From: an uncultured SAR86 cluster bacterium
GTDB lineage: Bacteria; Pseudomonadota; Gammaproteobacteria; Magnimaribacterales; D2472
Direction: 5' to 3'
NCBI GenBank assembly: GCA_902602595.1
Contig: CACKRJ010000003.1
Coordinates: 68,062 to 132,061, forward strand
DNA length: 64,000 nt
The notes under the pieces were generated by a model. That model was not told where the DNA came from and did not search any database. It saw only the letters and a program-made list of their open reading frames with translations. Below are positions 7,975 through 16,668 of this stretch, piece by piece. The position numbers were made by a program, and so were the translations under genes. Within the stretch, counting starts at the first letter, position 1. Each line of letters starts with the position of its first letter.

Positions 7975-10050
7975 ATGAAAAATAAAAATAACTACACTAA
8001 TGGTTTGCTTTTAATGCAAAAACTTCTGTTACTTTCATTAGTACTCATGATAAGTCCTTTTTCTAATTCAAAAGAAAACCTTGCTAAGTTTGAACCAATG
8101 GATGTGTTTGAGCTTGAATGGGCTTCTGATCCACGTGTATCACCTGATGGAAAAACCATTGTCTATGTTCGCAAATCAAATGACATCATGAAAGACCGTG
8201 AACGTTCTAACTTATGGCAAATTTCTGCAGATGGCAAAGATCATCGACCGCTTTATTCTGGCCTAACTAGTATCAGATCTCCGCGTTGGTCTCCAAATGG
8301 AGAAATGCTCGCTTTTATATCTAACGATACAGGGTCACAACAAATTCATGTTCGGTGGATAGATAATGGAGAAACTGCGGTCATTTCTCAATTACAAGCT
8401 TCACCCTCAAATCTAACCTGGTCACCAGATGGGAAGTGGCTTGCTTTTACCATGAATGTTAAGGCGCCATCTGAAACCATTGCTGAGCCTCGAGAAAAAC
8501 CTGAAGGCGCTAGTTGGGCTAAAAATCCTATAACGGTAACAACAACCCAGTATCAATATGATGGACAAGGAATTGTTGAACCAGCATATCGCCATGTATT
8601 TGTTGTTCCTGCAGATGGAGGCTCAGCACGACAACTCACTAATGGTAATTTTAATCATTATGGGTCTCTAGCTTGGTCGCCAGACAGTAATCGTATTTTC
8701 TTTTCAGCTTATCGCTCTGATGACTGGGAGCTTGTAAGTGATGAAGCGGATATTTATTCAGTAAATTTAGGCACTAAAGATATTAAGCAAATAACGAATC
8801 AATCTGGTGCTGAACGCTCACCAGTCATATCACCAAATGGGAAGTTGATTGCATTTAATCAAGAAGAAAGGCGGCCTCTTGCCTACACGCCAGATCAAAT
8901 CGCAATCATGGATCTGAATGGAAATAACATCCGCTTGCTAACAGAGGATCTAGATGGAGATGCGAACAATTTACATTGGGCTAATGATAGCAAGTCGCTT
9001 TTCTTTGCTTATGATGAGCGAGGTATTAGAAAGATCGGTCAAGTCACCACAAAAGGTAAACTTAAAGAGATCACACATGGGCTAGGCGGAACGACACTCG
9101 GAAGACCCTACCTTTCAGGAGGCTTCCATCTTGCGAATAATACTATTGCATATACTCACGGGACTTCTGAGCGACCGGCAAATGTTGCTGTTATTAATGA
9201 AGAAGAAATACAAATTTTAACAGCCTTAAATGACGATCTTTTGAGCCATCGGAAACTAGGAAAAGTCAAAGAAATTACCTACAAATCCTCTTTCGATGAA
9301 CAGGAAATTCATGGTTGGTATATTACCCCGCCAGATTTTGATCCTTCAAAAAAATACCCATTAATTCTTGAAATTCACGGTGGGCCGCATCTGGCTTATG
9401 GCCCCTATTTCTCAGCTGAGTTACAAATCATGGCAGCAGCTGGATATGTTGTTTTTTATAATAACTATCGCGGAAGCCTGTCATATGGAGAAGATTTTGC
9501 CCTTCTTTTGCAATACAAATATTCTAGTGAAGAAGATTTTGCTGATCATATGTCAGGCATAGACTCATTGATTGATCTCGGATTTATTGATGATACAAAC
9601 CTTTTTATTGCTGGTGGCAGTGCTGGTGGAATCGCGACTGCATACGCAGTTGGGTTAACGGATCGTTTCAATGCTGCAGTTGCTGCTAAACCTGTCATTA
9701 ACTGGTTAAGCAAACCACTGACTGCTGACTCTATGGTCGGTCAAATCTATCACCAATTCCCAGGCCCTCCTTGGGAACATCTTCAGCATTACTGGAAAAG
9801 ATCACCATTATCGTTAATGGGGAATGTGACTACCCCTACAATGTTGCTGACAGGTGAAAATGATCGAAGGACGCCTATTTCAGAAACTGAACAATTTTAT
9901 CAAGCCCTTAGATTAAAGGGAGTAGATAGTGCGATGGTTCGCCTTCCAGATACTTCTCATGGAATTGCAAGCAGACCCTCTCGACTAATTACAAAAGTTG
10001 ATCATATTCTTGCTTGGTTTGAGAGATATAAAACTAAGACCATACAATAA
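7975..10050 (+). CDS. S9 family serine peptidase (prolyl oligopeptidase / acylaminoacyl-peptidase type) with N-terminal beta-propeller
   Basis: Repeated SPDGK/SPNG propeller motifs. The nucleophile elbow is IAGGSAGG. The C-terminal catalytic region is ENDRRTP...PDTSHG. A hydrophobic signal (MQKLLLLSLVLMISPF) means the true start may be the internal Met at residue 14. Confidence 0.85.
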   Translation: MKNKNNYTNGLLLMQKLLLLSLVLMISPFSNSKENLAKFEPMDVFELEWASDPRVSPDGKTIVYVRKSNDIMKDRERSNLWQISADGKDHRPLYSGLTSIRSPRWSPNGEMLAFISNDTGSQQIHVRWIDNGETAVISQLQASPSNLTWSPDGKWLAFTMNVKAPSETIAEPREKPEGASWAKNPITVTTTQYQYDGQGIVEPAYRHVFVVPADGGSARQLTNGNFNHYGSLAWSPDSNRIFFSAYRSDDWELVSDEADIYSVNLGTKDIKQITNQSGAERSPVISPNGKLIAFNQEERRPLAYTPDQIAIMDLNGNNIRLLTEDLDGDANNLHWANDSKSLFFAYDERGIRKIGQVTTKGKLKEITHGLGGTTLGRPYLSGGFHLANNTIAYTHGTSERPANVAVINEEEIQILTALNDDLLSHRKLGKVKEITYKSSFDEQEIHGWYITPPDFDPSKKYPLILEIHGGPHLAYGPYFSAELQIMAAAGYVVFYNNYRGSLSYGEDFALLLQYKYSSEEDFADHMSGIDSLIDLGFIDDTNLFIAGGSAGGIATAYAVGLTDRFNAAVAAKPVINWLSKPLTADSMVGQIYHQFPGPPWEHLQHYWKRSPLSLMGNVTTPTMLLTGENDRRTPISETEQFYQALRLKGVDSAMVRLPDTSHGIASRPSRLITKVDHILAWFERYKTKTIQ

Positions 10051-10116
10051 AACAACTGTGATAAAGTTATTACCCATTAGTTTTACGATATATATTTATA
10101 TATTTTAGGAGATGAT

Positions 10117-10650
10117 ATGAATAAACTACTTTCAATAATTGGCTTGTTATTTATAGCTCAAATTACATTTGCCGGTCATCACGAATCTGGACATATGAAA
10201 AAAGGGGCTGTTATTGGCTATGAGATCTCAGAAGATGGGACAAAGTTAGACATTGTTGCTGGGGACCCATCTCTTGTAAAAATTTGGGTTGATTACGTTG
10301 AAGCGCACAATCAACGCGATCTTGAAGCAATTGATAGAACCAATGCTGATGACTTAGTAGGCAAAGCTGCTAATGGGGTAATTGTGAATGGTTCTTCAGA
10401 GCATGCTGCTTTTCTTAAGAACTGGTTTGACACATCAAATCCAATATGGGAATTCGTCTATGCTATGGCAAATGATGTGCCTCAAGCAGATGGCTCTATT
10501 CATCATTGGGTGACCTCTTCTTACAAAGTAACCGATACCATTGATGGTAAAGAGGTGGTTGCAAGAGAATCGTTTGATGTGAGGATTGAAAACAACAAAA
10601 TCAAAGAGATCATAGTAGCCTCTCGACAAGTTCTTTATGAAGAAGAATAA
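10117..10650 (+). CDS. Secreted SnoaL/NTF2-like protein; mature N-terminus GHHE
   Basis: GGAG Shine-Dalgarno. Signal peptide MNKLLSIIGLLFIAQITFA followed by GHHESGH. The NTF2-like pattern is VKIWVDYVEAHNQRDLEAIDRTNADDLVG...HHWVTSSYKV...FDVRIENNKIKEIIV. Confidence 0.6.
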   Translation: MNKLLSIIGLLFIAQITFAGHHESGHMKKGAVIGYEISEDGTKLDIVAGDPSLVKIWVDYVEAHNQRDLEAIDRTNADDLVGKAANGVIVNGSSEHAAFLKNWFDTSNPIWEFVYAMANDVPQADGSIHHWVTSSYKVTDTIDGKEVVARESFDVRIENNKIKEIIVASRQVLYEEE

Positions 10651-10661
10651 ATCTTTCTAAC

Positions 10662-10737
10662 TGGAGCGGGAAACCAGGTTCGAACTGGCGACCTCAACCT
10701 TGGCAAGGTTGCGCTCTACCAACTGAGCTATTCCCGC
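10662..10737 (-). tRNA. tRNA-Gly (anticodon GCC)
   Basis: The reverse complement reads gcgggaatagctcagttggtagagcgcaaccttgccaaggttgaggtcgccagttcgaacctggtttcccgctcca. It forms a cloverleaf with anticodon loop ttGCCaa and an encoded CCA. It is near-identical in the acceptor, D and anticodon arms to E. coli tRNA-Gly(GCC) as I recall it. Confidence 0.95.
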
Positions 10738-10786
10738 TTTTGAGTTGATTAATATACATCCTAGAGATGTAGCATTCAAGAGATTG

Positions 10787-11929
10787 TCAATTTCGTATTT
10801 TTTTAATGATTTGGTCTCTATGCTCTCCTAAAGCTGGAGCTGTTTGAGTTACTTTCATTCGATTGCCATCGAATATTGCTGGATGAGAAACAGCATTCAT
10901 CTTCCCTTGATGAGGACTGTCCATTTGAAAAATAGTCTTACTAGCTATAACTTGCGGTTGATTGATCACTTCATCACGTGGCACATATGGAGAGCAAGGT
11001 ACATCATTATCTCTTAATGCTTTTATTGCCTCCTCAATGGTGTAATCATGAAATCTAAAAAGGGATTCTTGAAGAAGTTCAGTCATATTCTGACTTCTAG
11101 CTGAAGCGTTTTTAAATCTAGGATCTGTTTTAAAATCTGGTTTTCCAATTGCATTAAAAATACCAAACCATTGACCGTCTGTCATAGCTGCGATAGTAAA
11201 AAAACCATCCTTTGCAGGAATGAGACTAGTGTATGTAGATGATAAGGGGGGAGCTGTTTGCACATCTTCATCAAGCAAAGTGTGGTTCATCATACCATCA
11301 GGCCATAAAAAAAAGATTGCTGAATCAAGCATCGATAATGTGATGTGGCTCGTTTCTCCTGTTCTCTCTCTTTTAAATAAGGCAGCGGTTAAAGCCTGGC
11401 ATGCTGTATAGCCAGTAATTTTGTCACAGATTAAGGTTTTCATATAAGCTGGCTCTTCCCCATTCGACTGGATGCTGGTTGCGCCAGACATTCCTTGTAT
11501 AACATGATCATAAGCAGGAGCATTTGCCAAAGGTCCTATTTCTCCAAATCCGGAAATAGATACATAGATAATATAAGGGTTTATATCTCTCAACACATCC
11601 AATCCAAGGCCTAATCTCTCATTTACTCCTGGTCGATAATTGCTGATAAATACATCGGCCTCTTTGACTAACTCAAGTAAAATTTTTAGCTCTTCTTTAT
11701 CTTTAAGATCTAGATTCAGTGATTGTTTACCTCGATTACAGTTTGCAAAAATAGCAGAAAAACCACCTTTTTGCGTGCCAAGATAACGCATTGAGTCTCC
11801 CGACCCAGTTGGCTCAACTTTGATTACTTCAGCGCCTTGGTCACAAAGAATCATAGTTGCCAATGATGCCGTTACTATGCTCGATAACTCTAAAATTTTT
11901 ATCCCTTGAAGTGGTTTATCCATGCTCAT
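10787..11929 (-). CDS. Family III CoA-transferase (CaiB/BaiF family)
   Basis: N-terminus PLQGIKILELSSIVTASLATMILCDQGAEVIKVEP is the classic family III signature. The length is about 380 aa. Confidence 0.85.
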   Translation of the reverse strand: MSMDKPLQGIKILELSSIVTASLATMILCDQGAEVIKVEPTGSGDSMRYLGTQKGGFSAIFANCNRGKQSLNLDLKDKEELKILLELVKEADVFISNYRPGVNERLGLGLDVLRDINPYIIYVSISGFGEIGPLANAPAYDHVIQGMSGATSIQSNGEEPAYMKTLICDKITGYTACQALTAALFKRERTGETSHITLSMLDSAIFFLWPDGMMNHTLLDEDVQTAPPLSSTYTSLIPAKDGFFTIAAMTDGQWFGIFNAIGKPDFKTDPRFKNASARSQNMTELLQESLFRFHDYTIEEAIKALRDNDVPCSPYVPRDEVINQPQVIASKTIFQMDSPHQGKMNAVSHPAIFDGNRMKVTQTAPALGEHRDQIIKKIRN

Positions 11930-11994
11930 GAAATTTCTCTCGTAAAATTTATAACCTTCATCATATGATTCAATTATTCCAATACCAAGTGAAT

Positions 11995-12012
11995 ATATAA
12001 ATAATTTATATA
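11995..12012. repeat. Copy 1 of an 18-nt A/T palindromic motif ATATAAATAATTTATATA
   Basis: Exact 18-nt match to 12061-12078. The core TATAAAT-A-ATTTATA is a 7-1-7 inverted repeat. It lies in the divergent CoA-transferase/TBDR intergenic region. Confidence 0.6.
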
Positions 12013-12060
12013 ATTATAGGTACCTCTTATATTCAAAAATTATGTTTAAATTAAACTCAC

Positions 12061-12078
12061 ATATAAATAATTTATATA
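12061..12078. repeat. Copy 2 of the 18-nt A/T palindromic motif
   Basis: Exact repeat of 11995-12012, 66 bp away and 99 nt upstream of the TBDR ATG at 12177. Confidence 0.6.
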
Positions 12079-12176
12079 TAAAATCAAAACATTATTCATA
12101 AAAAATATGTCGCTTTTATTTTATAAAATTTAGTATAAAGTCACCCTTTTATAAATAATTATTAAGAGGAACCTCC

Positions 12177-14624
12177 ATGGAAAAATACAGGTATATTTTA
12201 TCTTTATGTTTTATTTTCATCTTTTCAATAAATACATTTGCGCAATCAGGTGAAATTGAAGAAATTATCACAACTGCTACTAAAACTGAGAAAACCCTTC
12301 AAGAAGTGCCCGTTGCTGTTTCAGTAATTAGTGCAGATGAAATAGATAAAGCAAATGTCATTGATGCATTTGATTTAATGCAAGTTGTTCCTTCTTTGGA
12401 TACCAGACAATATCAATCGTCTAAAAATGCTGCTTTTTTTATAAGGGGCTTTGGAAACGGTTCAAACAATAATGGTGTTGAGCCCTCAGTCGCATTATTT
12501 GTAGATGGTGTTTATCGATCAAAAATGCAAAGCCGAATCAGTGATCTTCCGATGGTTGAAAGAGTTGAGGTTCTTCGAGGTCCACAAAGTACACTTTTTG
12601 GAAAAAATGCAAGTGCAGGTGTTATTAATATTATTACCAAAAAACCTTCTTTTGAAAATTATGGAAAAGTATCTACCTCTTTTGGAAACTATAATTCAAG
12701 GAAAGTTAGAGCTTATTATACAGGACCATTAAACGAGTCTATGGCTTTCAGCCTTAGTGCTGATTCTAATCAAGCTGATGGACATGCTAAAAATCCAGTA
12801 ACCGGCAACGATACTAACAATAGAGATAGATACTCGCTTAGGGGTGAACTTTTAATTGAAACCGCTGGTAATACAGAAATCAGAATCACGGCTGATTATG
12901 ATGAATATGATGAGTTTTGCTGTCAGGTAAGTAACGTTGCGGCTGGCTTAGCTAAACAAACCGTATACGCACTTGGTGCTCAGGCAGCTCCAAATAGTCC
13001 CTACGACTCTAATGTTTACTTTAATTTTGATTCAATGGCAAAAGGTGAGAACTCTGGAATATCCATTAATTTAGTTAAAGAAATGGACAATATGATCTTT
13101 ACAAGTATTACTTCTTCTAGAGATTCAGATAGTTTCGAAAGCCAGGATATAGATTTTGACAGTGCGTTAATACTTAATCCAAATGATACCAATGTAAATT
13201 TAAAAGCAAAATCTCAAGAGTTTAGATTAGCATCAAAGGGTAATGAAAAGGTTAATTGGTTGATTGGTGCATATTACTACGAAGAGGACCTTAAAAATGA
13301 TTCAGCTGTTATCTTTGGACCAACTTGGAGAACGTATGCCGACATTCTAACATTTGGACTGACTGGCGGAGCCGCAGCATTGTCTGATTTAGCAGCTATT
13401 GGAGTTCCATCAGCAGCAATATTTGCAACGGGGCAAGGAAGCACAGGTTATTTTACTCAAGAGACTGAAACAACAACATTTTTTGGTCAAGTAGACATTA
13501 ACTTTACTGATAAGTTAAGTGCTGTCCTTGGAGCAAGTTATATTGAAGATAACAAGACAGTAACAGGTAGAGATGTAAATACAGATATCTTTTCTCAAAT
13601 AGGTTTTGTAGGTATCGGAACATTTGGATTGATACAAGCAGGCTTTGATCCAGCTACTGCAGCAGCATTAGCAGTAAATCCTCAATTCAATCCATTACTT
13701 GGTTTCCAAGCTTTGCAATTTCTTCCAGAAATGCAGCCATTTCCAGGTATAGGTCAAAGCGGTCAATCATCAGATGACAATATTGATTACACTGCAAAGC
13801 TGACATATGCATTAAATGAAAATACCTCTATATATGGTGGAATTTCAACAGGCTTTAAGTCTACTGCATGGAATCTCTCCACAGACTCAAAACCTGACGC
13901 AGCTGAAATTGCTGCATTAGCTGCTGCAGGCACTCCAGTTGCAGAAAATACAGCTCTTGGTCAAAGGTATGCCTCTCCAGAGGAAGCAGAGGTTCTTGAG
14001 CTAGGTGTAAAAATGAGACTTCCTACAGGGTACCTAAATATTACTGCCTTCAAACAAGAGATCCAAGACTTTCAATCTAACACTTTTGTTAGTTCAGGTT
14101 TTATCTTAGCAAACGCAGGACAGCAATCATCTGAAGGATTAGAATTTGATCTTATGTTTTCTCCATTACCAAGCATAGACATTACGCTTGGTGGATTAAT
14201 GATGGATTCTAATTATGATTCATTTGTTGGCTCAGCTGCAGGAGACGTTAGTGGCACCAAACCAGAGAATGTTCATGATGATTCGCTTACAAGCTCGATT
14301 ACATGGAACTGGAACAGAGGAAATACTAATGGTTATATTAGGTTAAATCATCTATATTCTGGCCCAACACTTATTAGAATAGAGCCTGATTTTAACGATG
14401 CTATGTGTGCCGTTGGTACTTGTGAGAAAACAAAAGATACTCTTAATTTTAGCGCAGGTATTTCTAGAGGTAATTTTGATATCGTTTTTTGGGGTAATAA
14501 TATAAATGATGATAAGTATCTGCATACTGCTTTTCCATCAGTTGGTGATCCTGTGAGATCATCTTTTGAGGGATATCCAAATGCACCAAAAACATATGGC
14601 GTCACAGTTAATTACTCTTTCTAA
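12177..14624 (+). CDS. TonB-dependent receptor (815 aa)
   Basis: Signal peptide ...NTFAQS. Plug region IEEIITTATKTEKTLQEVPVAVSVI...VEVLRGPQSTLFGKNASAGVINIITKKP. The C-terminus is ...YGVTVNYSF. Confidence 0.9.
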   Translation: MEKYRYILSLCFIFIFSINTFAQSGEIEEIITTATKTEKTLQEVPVAVSVISADEIDKANVIDAFDLMQVVPSLDTRQYQSSKNAAFFIRGFGNGSNNNGVEPSVALFVDGVYRSKMQSRISDLPMVERVEVLRGPQSTLFGKNASAGVINIITKKPSFENYGKVSTSFGNYNSRKVRAYYTGPLNESMAFSLSADSNQADGHAKNPVTGNDTNNRDRYSLRGELLIETAGNTEIRITADYDEYDEFCCQVSNVAAGLAKQTVYALGAQAAPNSPYDSNVYFNFDSMAKGENSGISINLVKEMDNMIFTSITSSRDSDSFESQDIDFDSALILNPNDTNVNLKAKSQEFRLASKGNEKVNWLIGAYYYEEDLKNDSAVIFGPTWRTYADILTFGLTGGAAALSDLAAIGVPSAAIFATGQGSTGYFTQETETTTFFGQVDINFTDKLSAVLGASYIEDNKTVTGRDVNTDIFSQIGFVGIGTFGLIQAGFDPATAAALAVNPQFNPLLGFQALQFLPEMQPFPGIGQSGQSSDDNIDYTAKLTYALNENTSIYGGISTGFKSTAWNLSTDSKPDAAEIAALAAAGTPVAENTALGQRYASPEEAEVLELGVKMRLPTGYLNITAFKQEIQDFQSNTFVSSGFILANAGQQSSEGLEFDLMFSPLPSIDITLGGLMMDSNYDSFVGSAAGDVSGTKPENVHDDSLTSSITWNWNRGNTNGYIRLNHLYSGPTLIRIEPDFNDAMCAVGTCEKTKDTLNFSAGISRGNFDIVFWGNNINDDKYLHTAFPSVGDPVRSSFEGYPNAPKTYGVTVNYSF

Positions 14625-14667
14625 AATCATTACCACTTAGTTGTGGTTGTTTAAATTATTAATTCAA

Positions 14668-14692
14668 GGAGCTCGAAAGAGCTCCTTTTTTT
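14668..14692 (+). terminator. Rho-independent terminator
   Basis: Stem ggagctc(14668-14674), loop gaaa, stem gagctcc(14679-14685), followed by T7. Confidence 0.8.
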
Positions 14693-14699
14693 ATAAAAT

Positions 14700-15098
14700 T
14701 TATTTACTTAAATTATCCAGTGCCTCTGACATCTTTTTTTGCAGAGCTCCTATGGCCTGCAGTGGTCTGATCATTACTTTAAAGTCAATAATTTTACCCT
14801 CATCATTCCAGCGAATAATATCAACCCCATTAACAGAAATGTCTCCAATATAGGTTTCAAATTCTAGAACGCTATCAAGGCCATCTACAAGTTCACGAAC
14901 ATATTCAAATCTGTCCATATCAAAAGTTTGACCAGCGCCCATTAAATAAATTTTTGACATCTCTTTTCCTTCGATAGGTTTAAAAACAATTGGGGATGTA
15001 AAGACACAGGATTCATCAAGAATTTCATCTAACAATTTTGGATCATTGGAGTTTAAGCCTTCATGCCACTTTTTTAAATATGAGTGTGTTTTATTCAT
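14700..15098 (-). CDS. SnoaL/NTF2-like small protein
   Basis: MNKTHSYLKKWHEGLNSNDPKLLDEILDESCVFTSPIVFKP...VNGVDIIRWNDEGKIIDFKVMIRP matches the SnoaL-like pattern. The track ORF extends to a TTG at 15137. I prefer the ATG at 15098. Confidence 0.6.
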   Translation of the reverse strand: MNKTHSYLKKWHEGLNSNDPKLLDEILDESCVFTSPIVFKPIEGKEMSKIYLMGAGQTFDMDRFEYVRELVDGLDSVLEFETYIGDISVNGVDIIRWNDEGKIIDFKVMIRPLQAIGALQKKMSEALDNLSK

Positions 15099-15202
15099 TT
15101 GAGTATTAGAAACTGTTGATGAGGAGGATGCAAGCAATGTTTTAGGATAAAAGAAGCCCCTGCAACTGAATTGTGAAAAATTTAAAAAAAGCGGCTAAAA
15201 GA

Positions 15203-15331
15203 CTATTTTTTTCTTCTTAGCTTACGAAGACGAGCATATTCATTTTGTAGCTTCTTTTGTGCTAAATCACGTCTTCGATGGCGTCTATCTCTAGCTGCTT
15301 CAGATTTTTGAATTCTGATAGCTTTATTCAT
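15203..15331 (-). CDS. Candidate small, highly basic protein (42 aa)
   Basis: Hand translation of the minus strand gives MNKAIRIQKSEAARDRRHRRRDLAQKKLQNEYARLRKLRRKK*. It is below the ORF-track length cutoff. It lies in the otherwise empty 240-nt gap downstream of argH and has an AAGAAG purine tract before the ATG. No family assignment. Confidence 0.3.
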   Translation of the reverse strand: MNKAIRIQKSEAARDRRHRRRDLAQKKLQNEYARLRKLRRKK

Positions 15332-15378
15332 TCTTCTTAAATACTGTCATAAAGAAAAAGGAAAAGCAAAAAAGCAAC

Positions 15379-16668
15379 TTATTTTGACTGGTTGAGCTTT
15401 TTGAGTCTTCTTTTAAGAATTTTTAAATCCAAGTTATAGGCTGAACCAGATGAAGAGTTTTTTCTAGAAAGAGTTTTAGAAACCAAACTTGTCTCTCGTT
15501 GAGACTTAACTTTGATATATGCTTCCCTAAAAGGCAATCCTGATTGAACTAACTCATAGGCCTGATCTGTCATCAACATATCCTGATCAATAAATTCATT
15601 TGACCTTTGGGCATCTACTTTAATCGATTTGATCAAATCAGGCATCAAGCCTAAAGTCTTTGTAACGCAATGAATAGAATGAATAAGAGACCGTTTAGTA
15701 AGCTGTAAATCTCGATGATAACCGCTTGGTAAAGATAATAAATTTTCTAATTCGGAATAGTGCCCTGCTATCACCGCATAATTGGCTCTCATGATCTCTA
15801 TAACATCAGGATTGGACTTGTTGGGCATAATAGAGGATCCAGTTGAATACTTGGATGCAATACTTAACAAACTAAATTCCTGAGCTAAGAAAATACTCAT
15901 ATCCCATGAAAATTTTCTTACATCTAACATGGGTTGTTTTAACGAACCAATTAACTCTAACTCAAACTTACCTCGGCTATTTTGGACATATAGAGCGTTT
16001 AACTGTTTTCTCTTAAAGTTTAGCTCTTTTGTTGAAATATCCCGTTTAATAGGAAGATTAACCCCATATCCAGCTGCTGAACCTAATGGATTTATATTCA
16101 TCCAGGTTTGTGTGCTGGATAGTAAGTCAGCATTATCAAGAAAAGACTCAGCAAAAGCTCCAAACCACAAACCCCAGGTTGAGGGCATGGCTCTTTGTAA
16201 GTGGGTGTAACCTGGCATAGGATTAGAGGAATGTTTTTCAGCCTTATCAAAGAATGATTGAGCTATCTTAAGATTCATTGATTGAATTTCATCTAATTTG
16301 GCTCTTGCATAAAGACGCATAGCAACCATAACCTGATCATTGCGACTTCGACCAGTGTGAATTTTCTTGCCTATCGAACCAAGCTCTTTTGTTAAGTAAT
16401 CCTCAATAGCAGAATGGCAGTCCTCATATTTAGACGTTAACTTAAATTTCTTTGCTAAAAATAACTTTGCAAGTTTCTTTAAGGAAACGATAACTTTCTT
16501 GGTTTCAGATTTAGCTAAGATATTAATATTTTCTAATTCATTAGCATGAGCAATGGATGCTTCGATGTCATATAAAAATAATTCTTGATCTAAAACTATA
16601 TCTTCACTAGATAAAAAATCATCTATTGCAGTGTTTTTATCCTTTGAACTTTGATTCCAAATTTTCAT
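15379..16668 (-). CDS. argH: Argininosuccinate lyase
   Basis: Fumarate-lyase signature GSSIMPNKSNPD. Additional motifs are TGRSRNDQV and GYTHLQRAMPSTWG. It overlaps argC by 4 nt. Confidence 0.95.
   Translation of the reverse strand: MKIWNQSSKDKNTAIDDFLSSEDIVLDQELFLYDIEASIAHANELENINILAKSETKKVIVSLKKLAKLFLAKKFKLTSKYEDCHSAIEDYLTKELGSIGKKIHTGRSRNDQVMVAMRLYARAKLDEIQSMNLKIAQSFFDKAEKHSSNPMPGYTHLQRAMPSTWGLWFGAFAESFLDNADLLSSTQTWMNINPLGSAAGYGVNLPIKRDISTKELNFKRKQLNALYVQNSRGKFELELIGSLKQPMLDVRKFSWDMSIFLAQEFSLLSIASKYSTGSSIMPNKSNPDVIEIMRANYAVIAGHYSELENLLSLPSGYHRDLQLTKRSLIHSIHCVTKTLGLMPDLIKSIKVDAQRSNEFIDQDMLMTDQAYELVQSGLPFREAYIKVKSQRETSLVSKTLSRKNSSSGSAYNLDLKILKRRLKKLNQSK

Noticed and set aside
10651-10786. 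tRNA-Gly as a possible integration hotspot for a genomic island.
   Set aside because: There is no integrase nearby, no duplicated tRNA 3' end, and no compositional break that I can see. The flanking genes look like ordinary metabolism.
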